Assembly: GCA_010093605.1 (NCBI GenBank)
Contig: MU004190.1
Coordinates: 1,757,599-1,821,598, forward strand
Direction of reading: 5' to 3'
Source: Lophium mytilinum
Taxonomy: Eukaryota
Length of the DNA: 64,000 nt
Position numbers and translations under genes: made by a program. Below, in pieces: positions 36,919 to 48,695 of this stretch. Numbering within the stretch: the first letter of the stretch is position 1; every line of letters begins with the position of its first letter. Under the pieces are notes generated by a model that searched no databases, was not told the origin of the DNA, and saw nothing but the letters and a program-made list of their open reading frames with translations.

Positions 36919-39900
36919 TCAAGCAACGATCTCATCTCGCCGTCCACGTCTAGCACATATTGTACAAGCACCCACGTCTACCGTGAAGAAGTTTGGACTA
37001 TGTTCTTTGAAGTTCGTTGCCTTCGTACGAAGTGTTTCCCGCACTGTGTCTGGAGAGTGCTCGAAGAGAAGCGATATGTTTTCGCTTATCTGGTACTCAC
37101 GCATCACCTTGAAATCGTCCGACGAAGTAGGGTAAAAAAATGACCCAACTGCTTGACTGGCTCCTGCTGCTATCATGACTACCTCCTCCGTAATCTTGAG
37201 TTGGTCGCCTAGCTGCTGAAGGAGCAACTCCATAACTTCTTGATTCGTCACTGCTACTTTTAATACCTCTTCCGTGATCTTGACCTCATCTCCCCGCTGT
37301 TCAAGGAGTAGCGCCATCACACCTGCATCCCTCGCTGCTTCTTTCAACACCTCTTCCGTGATTATGAGTTGGTCTCCTAGCTTTTGGAGGAGAAGCCCAA
37401 TTGCTTCACGGTACCCTACTGCTACTTTCAATACCTCTTCCGTAATCTTGACCTCGTCTCCCCGCTCCTTAAGGAGAAGTGCCATCACGTCTTGGTAAAC
37501 ATTCCCTGCTGCTGCCTTGACCACCTCCTCAGTTATTCTAATCTCGTCTCCCCGCTCCTTAAGGAGTAATGCCATTACTCCTTCTCCATTGTTCTCCGCT
37601 GCTGCTTTTAGTACCTTTTCCGTGATCTTAATTTCGTCTCCTCGTTGCTTAAGAAGAAGTTCCATCACTTCTCTCCCACTCCCGTCATTTTTCGCTGCTG
37701 CCGCGAGCGCCTGCTCTGTTATCTTGATCTCTTCTCCTCGCCGGTCAAGGAGAAGTGCTATCACGTCTCTCCCATTGTCCTCATTCCCTGCTGCAGCCTC
37801 AACCACTTTCTCCGTAATCTTGATCTCNNNNNNNNNNNNNNNNNNNNNNNNNNNNNNNNNNNNNNNNNNNNNNNNNNNNNNNNNNNNNNNNNNNNNNNNN
37901 NNNNNNNNNNNNNNNNNNNNNNNNNNNNNNNNNNNNNNNNNNNNNNNNNNNNNNNNNNNNNNNNNNNNNNNNNNNNNNNNNNNNNNNNNNNNNNNNNNNN
38001 NNNNNNNNNNNNNNNNNNNNNNNNNNNNNNNNNNNNNNNNNNNNNNNNNNNNNNNNNNNNNNNNNNNNNNNNNNNNNNNNNNNNNNNNNNNNNNNNNNNN
38101 NNNNNNNNNNNNNNNNNNNNNNNNNNNNNNNNNNNNNTTCCCAATTCCCTGCTGCAGCTTCAACCACCTCCTCCGTAATCTTAATCTCGTCCCCTCGCCG
38201 ATCAAGGAGAAGTGCTATCACGTCTCTCCCATCTTTCAAATTCCTTGCCGCTGCCGTAACCACCTCCTCTATGATCCTGACTTCGTCTCCTCGTTGCTCA
38301 AGCAGAAGCTTCATCACTCCATGATCAAACCACCTTGCGATTTGAACTATGAGGCCAGCTGAGATCTCGAACCTTTCTGCTGCCTCTTGAAGGAGGACAA
38401 CCATTATTTCTTCCCCACTTTTCCTGTTATCTGCTGCTGCTGCGACCACCTTCTGTGTGATCATGAACTTGTCTTCGCGCCGCTTGAGAAAAAGCCCCAT
38501 TAAATCTTTCCCGCGATCTTCATTTGCTGCAGCTGCCTCGAGTGCCTTCGCATAACAGTAGACATTTTGCTCATTCGAGGCTAAGCCGCTATCGAGGAGA
38601 AATTGCGTCTCATTAAGCAGTCTAGATTTCGTCGCGAAGTAGAGCGCTGATTCCTTTGAATCACTAATGTCACGAATGAAAAAGGACGATATTGTATTCA
38701 CATTCGACCGCGTGTGGATTTCAAACCACACACAAGACTGTGGACTCCTTATCTCACAGAGTTTTGCCGCTTTGGAAACCCAGGAGTGGCTATCGATATT
38801 GACGGAAACCCAGGCAGGGCTATTGGTGTCAATTTTCCGCACATGAGAAGTCCAATAGATTGCTGAATAGTCCAAGAATTCATGTGTAATCGTGTATGCC
38901 TTGATTGCTTGCTTTCGTGCATCGTAACCTAGACGGGAATAACCCTGGAGTGTGATCTGTTGAATCTCGTAGAAGTTTAGATAGGCAACGCACTTCATGG
39001 AGAGTACCAAGTTTGCGTCGTGGAGATCAATAGAGTGATGCCAGCTCTGCGGTTGGGGCGATTCGTTGTTCTTTCTTACGAGGAACTCTTTTGCTGTTTG
39101 GTGGATCAAATAGACGCGGGAGTCTACGACGCTGATGAAGAGCCCACAAGCATCACGGAGCCATTCTTTCCTGCCTTGTTCGCCTTCAAGATCAAGATCC
39201 TCGTGGCATGTTGATTCTGGCTCGATCGCTAAAGCCACATCGATTTCGCTTAACGTCAGAGGACGCTGAGCTACAAGAATGATTTGCAACACCGTTTTTG
39301 CGTGTTCCTGCACGCATTTTGCCAGTATTTTCTCATACGCTTCCTCAACTGTCCTTGGCAATGTGTTGATTGTCTTGAGCAACTTCTTCTGCGTCTTTCC
39401 CAGGCCTTCTTCAACTTCGTCTAGCGTCAGGTGTAGCCAGAGGTAGGTTCTATTAGGTACTCGGCTGAGTCGTCTATGCAGAGATGAACGCACGTCTTCA
39501 GCCAGCCTTCGCTTCTTCGCGATTTCTTCGACCTTTGCCTTCATAACGATCCCGATCTCAAGGCTTATCTTCTCTGACTCTCCTTCTCCAGCCAGCCGAA
39601 TAGTCGGGACGTCGTACGTCAAGCTGGAAAATCTTCGCCCGATTTCGCTGTACGGACGGCTAGTCACAAGGAACTTTAATTTGGATCCTGGCACAGAACT
39701 TTTGGAGAGTCTGTTGTAGAAGCGCTCTAGGCAGGTAATGAGTTTGTCTCGATCGGACTTTTGGCATTCGTCCAGTGCATCAAGGACGCAGACAACACTC
39801 CCAGCAGACGGATCCGTTGCAGCCGCTATGAAAATCCGCCATAGTTCTTCAAATTCAAGCTTCATGGCGCCTCCACATTTCTTCACCGCTGGAGCTGCGT

Positions 39901-40408
39901 GTTTATGGAGGAGGTCGTCGTGTGCACAGAAAAACTGATGGAGTATTGCGCATAACGCTGTTGCAGTGTTGTTTTGCTCCTGGTTGTCTTTGAAGAAGAA
40001 ATGGCACAATGTGACGGGTTCGGCGCTGACCAGCTTCTCGTCGACCAATGCTCTCGATAGCACAGATTTGCCGCAGCCGGGATCAGCTGTGAGCCAGAGA
40101 AGGTCGTTGCCGGAGCGGTTCTTCCACGCTTGAAACGTCGGATGTTCAAGGAACCAGACACATGTCTCTGGGACCCGCTCAGGATTGAAGTTCTTGTAAG
40201 ATTCGTAGTTCGAGGTCTTGCAAAAGCTCGGCTGCAGACCTTCGGTAGCAAGTTAGCTAACAGTCGCACGAGTTTTGGAGAGCTTCAGGTGAAACAAACC
40301 TTCATCTCCCACTTGGATGTTTTGTGTTGCCCCGGGCCCAGCGTTGATATCTCCCACATGGATGATTTGTGTTGCCCCTGGCCCAGCGTTGATGTCTTGG
40401 AAAATCAT
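36919..40408 (-). CDS. Fungal NLR: short N-terminal repeated motif - NACHT - winged helix - ankyrin-like helical repeats (spans an assembly gap)
   Basis: Exon 1 40408-40300 (MIFQDINAGPGATQIIHVGDINAGPGATQNIQVGDE). Intron 40299-40240 (GTTTGT...GCTAAC...AAG) contains an in-frame stop. Exon 2 is in frame with KTSNYESYKNFNPERVPETCVWFLEHP...LWLTADPGCGKS (Walker A), CVLDALDEC (Walker B) and LIHQTAKEFL, then 33-38 aa ITEEVVxAAAxN...VMxLLLxxRGDE repeats. The 3' end is approximate. Confidence 0.85.
37828..38137. other. Assembly gap (310 N) inside the NLR repeat domain
   Basis: Run of Ns with the same repeat-coding sequence on both sides. Confidence 1.
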
Positions 40409-40866
40409 TGCGCATTGAGTGGCAAGCTCTTGCGAGGGTGGTGGCCAGGTCGAGAGCTCTCCACCATGGATGGGATGGAGCGGGGACGCGGCATGCTAGG
40501 CCAAGCTGCCTTTTCGACGCCTCTTTCAGGTGTAACGCCAACACCAGCCGCCCCTGGAGGATCATGCAGCCTTACCCAATCGCGGCCGGGTAGCGATCGT
40601 TGCTTTTTCTACCCACCTTGACCGGTGACTTGATGCATCCGACACTCTGGATTGGACGACGTTAGCGAGGCTGAGTGCTAGCTGCATATTCTACAGGAAA
40701 GTCCCCGCAACCGCCTGCGGTCCGGCTCGTGAGGCATTCTTCGCAAAGAGCTACGTGTACTCCGGCCCTTTTAGCTCCTCTGCGTAGTGGGTTCAGCCTT
40801 GCAATCTGTTATACATCATGCTGCCGCCCTGCTTTCTTCACGACCTCAATCTGGTTCATCGCCAAA

Positions 40867-41874
40867 ATGGCTGAACCAATCGGTATCGCCTCTGGCGCTC
40901 TCACCCTTGCCACCTTTGCCTTCAATTCAAGCGTCTCGCTCTACCAGATCGTTAAAAGCTTCCAAAACAGTAAAAGGGACATCCGCGAGCTTAAAGAGGA
41001 ACTCGAGGCGCTCAGCAATGCTATACAGTCTCTCCAAGAACTTGCTTCAAAAGACGAGGTTCAGTTTGAGCCACTTCGCCTACCCTTGCTCCGATGTGGC
41101 GAGACTTGCAAGGGGTTCGGGGAGGTGATTGAGAACTGCACCACGAATTCCAGCAAGCCGAAAACAAGCTTTCGGGATTGGGCAAAGCTGCAATACATGG
41201 GTAAAGATATCGCGGGATTTAAAAACGTGCTCGCTGGGTACAAATCTACCATCCTCATTGCCATTGGTGATGTCAATCTGTAGGTCTTCGCTGCCAGCCC
41301 TTTGCGTACCTTTCAAGCTAACAGCTCCACCTATAGACGCACGGCTGCTGTCAGCGTAGATGCCATTGCAGAGTTTAAGGAAATGCTTGCAAACACGACG
41401 ACCGACCTCGAAGAAAACCGTCAGAATCTCGAAGAACACCTCCAGACAATCAACGATAAACTAGAAACACTCAGCATCCAGAACGGTAGCACGAAGGAGG
41501 AAGAAATAGCAGAGAGAAAACGGATATCCGAGGAGATCGACAGTGTGAAGCAATGTCTCGAAGTATGCAACCACGCAGCAAAACGCATAGACGAAGTGAG
41601 AACGAATATATTTGAGGATGTCTCTGCTGCTGAAGATGCGCATCAAGTCATCGTCTCCACTTTCGGCGATCTTATCTCGGCGAAGCGAGTTACTGCTGGG
41701 GTTAAGTCGATACAGTGGCTAGGGCAGATGCCTGATTCTGCTCTGCAGCAATTGATTCGGACTCGAACAGTTGACTTGTCTAAGCATCCAGGAATGGAGG
41801 AATGCGAGGAAGAGCAGGCCAAGGGACACATGGCATTTGAGGGCATCTATGGAGCTGGTTATACGATGAGCTAG
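40867..41874 (+). CDS. HeLo-like (Helo_like_N / fungal STAND N-terminal type) protein with a two-repeat HET-s-like motif, 2 exons, 316 aa
   Basis: Exon 40867-41279, intron 41280-41336 (GTAGGT...GCTAAC...TAG), exon 41337-41874. N-terminus MAEPIGIASGALTLATFAF, then LRLPLLRCG, TSFRDWAKLQYMGKDI.GFK..LAGYKSTI. Repeat motif at 41605-41730. No NACHT or NB-ARC domain. Confidence 0.85.
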
Positions 41875-42201
41875 GGAGTTTTCGTCGCAAACGTACCTCT
41901 ATGCGTAGTTTATCTACAGTTGAAATAGGCTCATAAAGACTATCTTGGGTTAGAACCTAAAGCGGTAAAGCGGCGGCTAGGATAAAGGTGGGCCGGGTTG
42001 GCTCCGGAAGATGGACTGAGATCCGTGTCTAGTAATTCGATCAGCTTACTGGCACCCACCAAGCGCGTGTTGACACGAGTCCCTAAGTAGAGCTGATATG
42101 GTATATATTATCGGAGATAATGATAAAAGCACTACTCTATATAGCTGAAGCTCGGACCAACGCTATCATGCTCGTGAAGTATCCACAAAGCCGCCTCAAC
42201 C

Positions 42202-42975
42202 TTACTGAGAGACCTTAAAACCAATCTCGGTTTCGCGCAAACTTCCATCATAAGCAGGCGGCTCCTCCCCCTCGCTGATCTCCGCTTCGTCAAAGTCGTC
42301 GATTAATCGAACACGCTCCTCTCCACCCAATTCTATATCCCCTGCCACACTCTCTGCGATATCGGGCGAGCCCATCACCCAAACCGTGGCTTTTTTCACA
42401 AATTTCCAAATATATATCAGCGGCAACAGGATCGGGGCGACTGGAGGCCAGCCAATACCGCTTCCCGCGACGTTGTTTGGGTAGTGGAGGCCCTTTCCCC
42501 AACGTATGAGCAGGCAGTCGACGAATGCTCGTGTCCATGCGACCGAAGCAATAACGAAGGGAACGATAGTGAGTGGTATAATGGCACCCCAGGTAGGTCC
42601 GATATCCAGGATTTCTCTGCACTCCCAGCGAATGTTGGGAGGCGCCGTCTCTGCCATGCGGAAGCCGAAGGCGACGCAGAGTGGTATGAAGAGGATGGTT
42701 GCGAGTGTGAGGCGATTTGCGCGGATATTCGGCGATGGTTTCGGGTTGAACCACCACGAGTTGTTGCTGGACGGAGGTGCATCTGATGCGGCTTGTGCAG
42801 ATTGCGGCGTCTTCTTTTCCGAAGTTGCATTTACATTAGAGTGTACAGTGGCTTCAATAGCGACTGTGAGAACGACGACGAGGAAAGATAGAGCGATTGT
42901 CTTGAAAGTAGGGCCGCCGGTCCGAAGGTCGAAGTAATCCCATTCGCAACGGTCTTTAGTCGAGCTCCAAGACAT
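42202..42975 (-). CDS. Hypothetical multi-pass membrane protein, 257 aa
   Basis: ATG at 42975, about four hydrophobic segments and an acidic tail with PPAY. Confidence 0.7.
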   Translation of the reverse strand: MSWSSTKDRCEWDYFDLRTGGPTFKTIALSFLVVVLTVAIEATVHSNVNATSEKKTPQSAQAASDAPPSSNNSWWFNPKPSPNIRANRLTLATILFIPLCVAFGFRMAETAPPNIRWECREILDIGPTWGAIIPLTIVPFVIASVAWTRAFVDCLLIRWGKGLHYPNNVAGSGIGWPPVAPILLPLIYIWKFVKKATVWVMGSPDIAESVAGDIELGGEERVRLIDDFDEAEISEGEEPPAYDGSLRETEIGFKVSQ

Positions 42976-45701
42976 TGTTCGAAACTTGAGAATTTTGGAC
43001 GAGAACTTGGAATGGTGAGAGAGTGGCGACATTAGAGGTTCATATTTATTGATGTGGCTGTGAACCCCATGGTGTTGCGTGACCAGAAAGCGAATCCTTC
43101 GCTGCGGACAAGGCTGAGCGATGTTTGAGGCAGCCAATCAGGCAGGGATCTTGAAAAGCTGTGAAGAACGCCTGGCACGCCTGGACATCGCATCACTTGT
43201 TTTTCCGATCCTTGGATAACTGCACTTTAGAAAGAACTGAGTCCCAATGGCTACACGGAGAAGAGAGTGACATACGTGGAATAGGCTTGTTAGATATGAT
43301 ATATACTAGCGCAGCTGAGGAATTGGAAAAGGACACCACCTATCCGAGAAAGAAGTTCAGTCAACCGAATCGGCCGATCATTAGGGGCTAGGATTGAGAT
43401 TTCGTAAACGTCTAAAGACGCCTTATATGTGTTGCTTGCTGAATTCCTTCGTAAATTGATGATACTTAGGCAACCCGTCGCAAGGCGAGAACTCAAAAAC
43501 GACAGATTAGCAGCAGTGACGACATTGCACAGCTAAGCCCATGGGCTCTAGTGCTATGGCTTGATTCTGAACACGGAGTGGAGGAAGAAGATGGTTGATG
43601 CCTAACTCCTACTGCGAGACGAGAGTGGAAGGATAGATAGCGTCCTGGATTCTACGCCAGACGGGTGTGTAAGTCATCCCACCCGCGCCAAGCATCTCGA
43701 ACCCCGAAACCTCAAATTATCGCGACCAGCACCTCCGCATCGCCGCATCAGCTCAACATTGCCCTTGCATCCATCGTCATCGTCGTCGCGACAATGGCGA
43801 AGAAAGGTACGCCACCAGCTTCTTCACTTATCTCAATGGCTCGCCCTCTTCGCCTATCAATCCGATCCTGTTCCTCTTATCGCGCATAAGTCCCGTAAAT
43901 CGTCGGAGCAATGAGTGCATCAGTCCAGGGCAGGGCGATAAGAAGCCTTGCAGCAGAGATTTTGAAGTTTCTGCTAACCTAGCTGCCAGCGAAATCCCGC
44001 ACCGTGATGGTGCGCCTACTCTCAATGGCCATGACGGGATATTTCCGATCCATGATGAGGCCGCGACAACATCGACCGCTGAGTATGCTCAAATACGACC
44101 CGATTGGTACGTCTACGCCCTACGCCTCGACCCACGTAACGAACACCCGGCGATTGTAGAACTTGGGGGGCTTGATATTGGGATGTTGGGATTGGAACGG
44201 GATCAGTTGTGATGAATTAGTCTACGGCAGAGCTAACACTGTTGGCAGTGCGGAAGAAGGTCCTCTTTCTTGAGCAAAAGAGGGGTGGGAAATAGATGCG
44301 GCTGGTGCTTTGAGTACGACGATCGAATTCTCTCCGTTTTCGCCCTGGACGATCAAATTGGGTTTGCGTGTACGATACTCGCTTTCGAAGGAATAGACCC
44401 TGGCGAAATAGAGCCATCACACTATGTTGGACTGGGCCGTGCGGGTGATAGATCCCACGCAGACTTCAATAGGCATACCTTCGATGCGGCAGGACGGACA
44501 ATAGCGACGAATGTTGGTGGAATATAGATTACCATGTACAATACTGAGGCGGAAGCTGAAAGACCCGCTAGAGGAATGTACTATACAGCATGGACGGCGT
44601 TTCAACGGCCTGTACATTGGACCTGGAACCATTCTTCCGCGTACAAACCGTGCTACACACCGATTTGCATGAGCTGAGATCTCCCTTAAGATGATTGCAC
44701 ATGCAGACTATCAGCTCTCTTACTAATTTCAACGCTGAATGTTCAAGACGTAGCCATCCATGCTCGGGAAAGGGCTCTATTGATTCGAGATGGACAGTGT
44801 TCTACCTGGTCACGTTACTCGAAACATGGTGGCTCACGCTAATTCGACCAGGGTAGTTGATTATGGAAACATCTTACAACCTGCATCAACCATCAATCAT
44901 AGCTCCACGAATCATCCGCCGCAGCTCGGCCACTTTGCAGCTTCAACTGCCAAGGTCTCTTTCAGCTGAACTCCGTCTGCTCGAATTTGAGGCGCGTCGG
45001 GGGGCTATCTCAGACTTTCTCTCCGAATTGAGTTCAACCGTCGTTGGATCATAGGCCGAAATAACAGCAATGGAACTCACATGCTCTTGCAGTCTACACT
45101 CTAGGACAAGTTCGCCATTGGTAATACGTACTGCGCATAGCTGGCATACTCCTATGGTGTTGTTCCGAACGTTCGCTCTCTTATCAACTCGCCAATACTT
45201 GTAACATCGATCTTCCGCCCTACGCCAGCTGGATCCCGAGCCAAGATGTCTAGAGCGGTTTCATCCTTTTGCTATCTGTCATATACAACTAAAGTTCCTC
45301 CGCTATTAAGGAATCAATGGGTCCGTGTGCAGGGCTGAGGACAGGGCTGAGCTGTAACCCCTGGTTCGTTTAGTCTAAAACGGGTTAGCGTTCCGAGTAT
45401 GCAAGTTATCACCCATCCTCGACCACTAGGATAGACTCGATGATGTGGAAATTTGATAAACTGGAGTGCTATGTTTAGAGTTCAGCTGTCAGCCTAGCTT
45501 TAGTCGGGAGTTTGAGATTAGGAAATTGGAATTGACTGAATTGGGGCTGAGGAGCAGATAGTGAGTATATAGATCCGATCAGTCTCTACCAACTTCCTCC
45601 TCATCAGATCCAAACATCTTCAGTCTTCAATATCAACTCTCTCTCAATCAACCCTTCGAACGCCATCCCCGACGCCACCTTTCGACTCAACCTATCCCGA
45701 G

Positions 45702-46481
45702 ATGGCCTCCATCTTCCGCAAAATCTTCCGCAAGAAGAAGAACCCGCCCCTCAAGTGCGAAATCTCCCTCGACGGCCAACCCAGCTTGATGGAATCCGAT
45801 CCCCACCACCAGCACACCGCCGCCTGCTTCATCGATTTCGCGCCCCTCAGCGTCCTCGAGCTCTTCCAATCCCAGGGCTGCGCCTCCTGCCCGCCCGCGC
45901 TTCCTAAGATCCAAGCCGCCGCCGCCAAAGACCCCAACCTCCTCCTCCTGACCTACGACGTCACATACTTCAACAGTTCCACCGGCTGGAACGATACCTT
46001 CGCCAGCAACCAGTGGGACGCGCGCCAGAAGGCGTACGTCAAGAAGTGGGGCCGCGCTGGGCTGTTCACGCCGCAGGTCGTCGCTGATGGCATCGCCGAC
46101 GGGACCGGTGCAGAAGAGGGCGATGTTTACGGCATTGTGGAGGCCGCGAGGGGCACAAAGCTGGCGATGGAATGGCACATCACGCTTGACGTGTCGGAGC
46201 AGGGTTTGAGGATCGATACTGATCTGCAGGAGGCGGAGGTGCATGATGTGCTGATGATCAGATATGAGCCCAAGCTTCAGACGGTCAAGCCGGGGAAGGG
46301 ACCGAACAAGGGCAAGAAGATCAAGCATGTCAATCAGGTGGCGCAGGTCATGAAGGTGGGAGAGTGGCGCGGGGGGAACTTGGATGTGGTCTTGCCCGAG
46401 ATGGTGGGGGATGGGTTGGAGACGGTCGCGGTTGTCCAGCAGGGGCCGGGTGGGCCGATTGTGGTTGCGCAGAAGATCTAG
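45702..46481 (+). CDS. DUF1223 thioredoxin-like protein, 259 aa
   Basis: Intronless. VLELFQSQGCASCPPA and FTPQVVADG match the DUF1223 pattern (ELFTSQGCSSCPPA ... TPQ). Confidence 0.85.
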   Translation: MASIFRKIFRKKKNPPLKCEISLDGQPSLMESDPHHQHTAACFIDFAPLSVLELFQSQGCASCPPALPKIQAAAAKDPNLLLLTYDVTYFNSSTGWNDTFASNQWDARQKAYVKKWGRAGLFTPQVVADGIADGTGAEEGDVYGIVEAARGTKLAMEWHITLDVSEQGLRIDTDLQEAEVHDVLMIRYEPKLQTVKPGKGPNKGKKIKHVNQVAQVMKVGEWRGGNLDVVLPEMVGDGLETVAVVQQGPGGPIVVAQKI

Positions 46482-46741
46482 TGAGGCTGGGACTGGGGAT
46501 GGTATGATGAGGTGCCAGAGGATCTTAGCTGTGCACACTGCGGGTTTTGGTTGCTAGTTTTCAAGTCTAATCTGTCTGATTTTCGGTAGAAGTTTTAGTT
46601 ACTTTTGAATGATCTTCGTACTTTTCCATCGAACCTTGGGATCAAGTTACTAAAGGTGGCAATAAAGTTAGCAAATCTTTCAGAGCTAGAGCGAGAAAAC
46701 AGATATTCATGACAGGTTATGCTGCGTAAGACACGGGTACG

Positions 46742-46866
46742 CCACTGCTTGGGGTACCCCCACAGGGTTTTGAAGACTCGAGAGCGATGTCAGAGTTCAA
46801 GCGTTGCAGATTAGACTGCCTCTTGACCGATTACCTGCTCAGCAGTCGGGCTACCCCTAACAGTGG
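46742..46866 (+). repeat. Solo copy of the palindromic-core repeat, 33 kb from the arrays
   Basis: CCACTGCTTGGGGTACCCC ... GGGCTACCCCTAACAGTGG, a 125 bp core collinear with 12932-13056. Confidence 0.9.
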
Positions 46867-47325
46867 TGTTGAGTGGGCTAATTGGACATTGGTGTAGTGG
46901 TTGTCTCGAGATACTCCCTACGTAGTTTTTCAAACAGACATATTGCTGGGAAACTTTCTATCTTACGTATACCGAATCTGGCATTGAAGATGGAAATCTG
47001 CAAACGACTGTTTCGTCCCGTGACTGTTATTCTAGGCTAGGGTGCCCGGACCACCGAGCGCCGCCGCTCTCCTCTCTCCTCTCCACACCCATCATCTTTA
47101 TCACTCGATATCTAAGCGATCGCCGAATGAAGTCAGTATGAGTGTATAAACAAGCTCTACACTATCTCGCTCTCAATTCAATACGCGGCCGTAAGCCAGC
47201 TATCTCAGATTGTCGTGAGTAATATTTGGCGCCGTATCCAATGCACGCGAATCGACGTCCTGGAGTACAAATTCCTCTTGGCCCGGGTTCAAAGCATTGG
47301 CCAATCTCTGATCAGGTATTTCGAA

Positions 47326-48695
47326 ATGTCATTAGACGCATCTGTGCTTGACAGTATCCTTGCAAAGCATGTTAGTGCTGATAGGACATTGACGGATAAG
47401 CTCCATGCGGCCGCGTTCATCGTCGTCGAAGAACATGGTAAGCCTTGTTGCCTCCTATCAATTTTCTCCTAAACATTGCTCACCGCCGCGTCCGAGCATA
47501 GGTGATACAATGTATGCGAATGCTGTGGGGAGCCTCACCCTCGAGGAGGGCTCTCCGCCATTCTCCTTGGACTCTGTCTGCTGGGTAGCCTCGATGACGA
47601 AACTTTATACTGCTGTAGCTGTGATGCAACTTGTGGAGAAGGGGGTCATTGACTTGGATGATGACGTGGGAGAGTTGATTCCCGATCTCGCAAATAAGCA
47701 GGTCTTGAAGGGTTTCCGAAGAGACAAGACGCCGATCCTAAAGAAATCGACGAAGCCAATCACACTCCGGTAAATCAGCGTATATGGACATCTCTGAGAT
47801 TAAGCGCTTCTACTGAACCCAAGTTAGACATCTACTTACGCATTCAAGCGGATTCTGCTACGACTACTTCAATCGCAATATCAAGAAATGGTCCGCCTCC
47901 GTGGGCCGTGAGATCGACTCTCGGTCGAACACCATGGGGAGCTTTGACTACCCGTTATTGTTTGATCCCGGTAAAGGATGGGTATATGGCATCGGTCTTG
48001 ATCTGGCTGGCCGGATTGTCGAGATCCTCAGCGACTGCACCTTGGAAGAGTACATGCAGCGCAATATCTTCGAACCACTAGGAATGTCGTCAAGCACATT
48101 CTACATATCAGAACATCCAGAGCTTGACAGCCGTCGCGCTGGCATTGGATTCCGCTCATCACCGAATGGGCCGCTGACGTCCCGCGCCGATCCTGCGCCG
48201 TCCAATCGTCCACTAGCTAGGGGAGGTAATGGGATTTATACTACTCCGAACGATTATGCGAAGCTGTTGCGTGCTATAATACATATCGAGGACGGAATCC
48301 TAGGGCCTGACGCCCTCTCCGAGTTCTTCAAGCCGCAGCTGGCTGACCCGAAGCATCTTCAGGTGTTTTGCGACGGTTCAATGCACGATTCTGTCTTTCC
48401 GGAATTTCCTAGGGGAACGGCAATCAATCACGGTCTGGGAGGAGCGATCAATGTGGCAGATGTGCCAGGCAAGCGGAAGAGGGGAAGTATGACTTGGAGC
48501 GGTGCCACAGGCTCGCGTTGGGTATGCTTTACGAGGAAGTTGGGCCTAGATCTTGCTGACGTATTGTAGTTCATTGATCTCGAGATGGGAATAGTAGCAG
48601 TGGTGTTCACCCAGATAATGCGTTTCGTGGATCGCGTAGTGTCGGAGCTATACGACGAACTAGAGAGGGCGGTATATTCAGCTCTCTGTGGGTAG
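47326..48695 (+). CDS. Beta-lactamase family serine hydrolase (LovD-like acyltransferase/esterase), 4 exons
   Basis: Introns 47438-47501, 47770-47827 and 48522-48569. Motifs SMTK (SxxK), ITLRHLLTHSSG, PLLFDPGKGWVYG, IFEPLGM, SMTWSG. Confidence 0.9.

Noticed and set aside
40210..40240. Frameshift at the start of NLR exon 2 (alternative frame reads CSRAF before KTSNYE)
   Set aside because: The GTTTGT...GCTAAC...AAG intron already gives a continuous frame, so no frameshift is needed. cDNA would settle it.
27350..42100. Starship or other giant transposon carrying the NLR island
   Set aside because: No DUF3435 tyrosine-recombinase captain or convincing terminal repeats are visible in the window. 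It cannot be excluded at a larger scale.
43790..44700. Possible fragmented gene (MAKKGTPP..., CGWCFEYDDRILSVFALDDQIG...)
   Set aside because: Intron-like signals are present, but frames are interrupted and no family was recognised; too weak to annotate.
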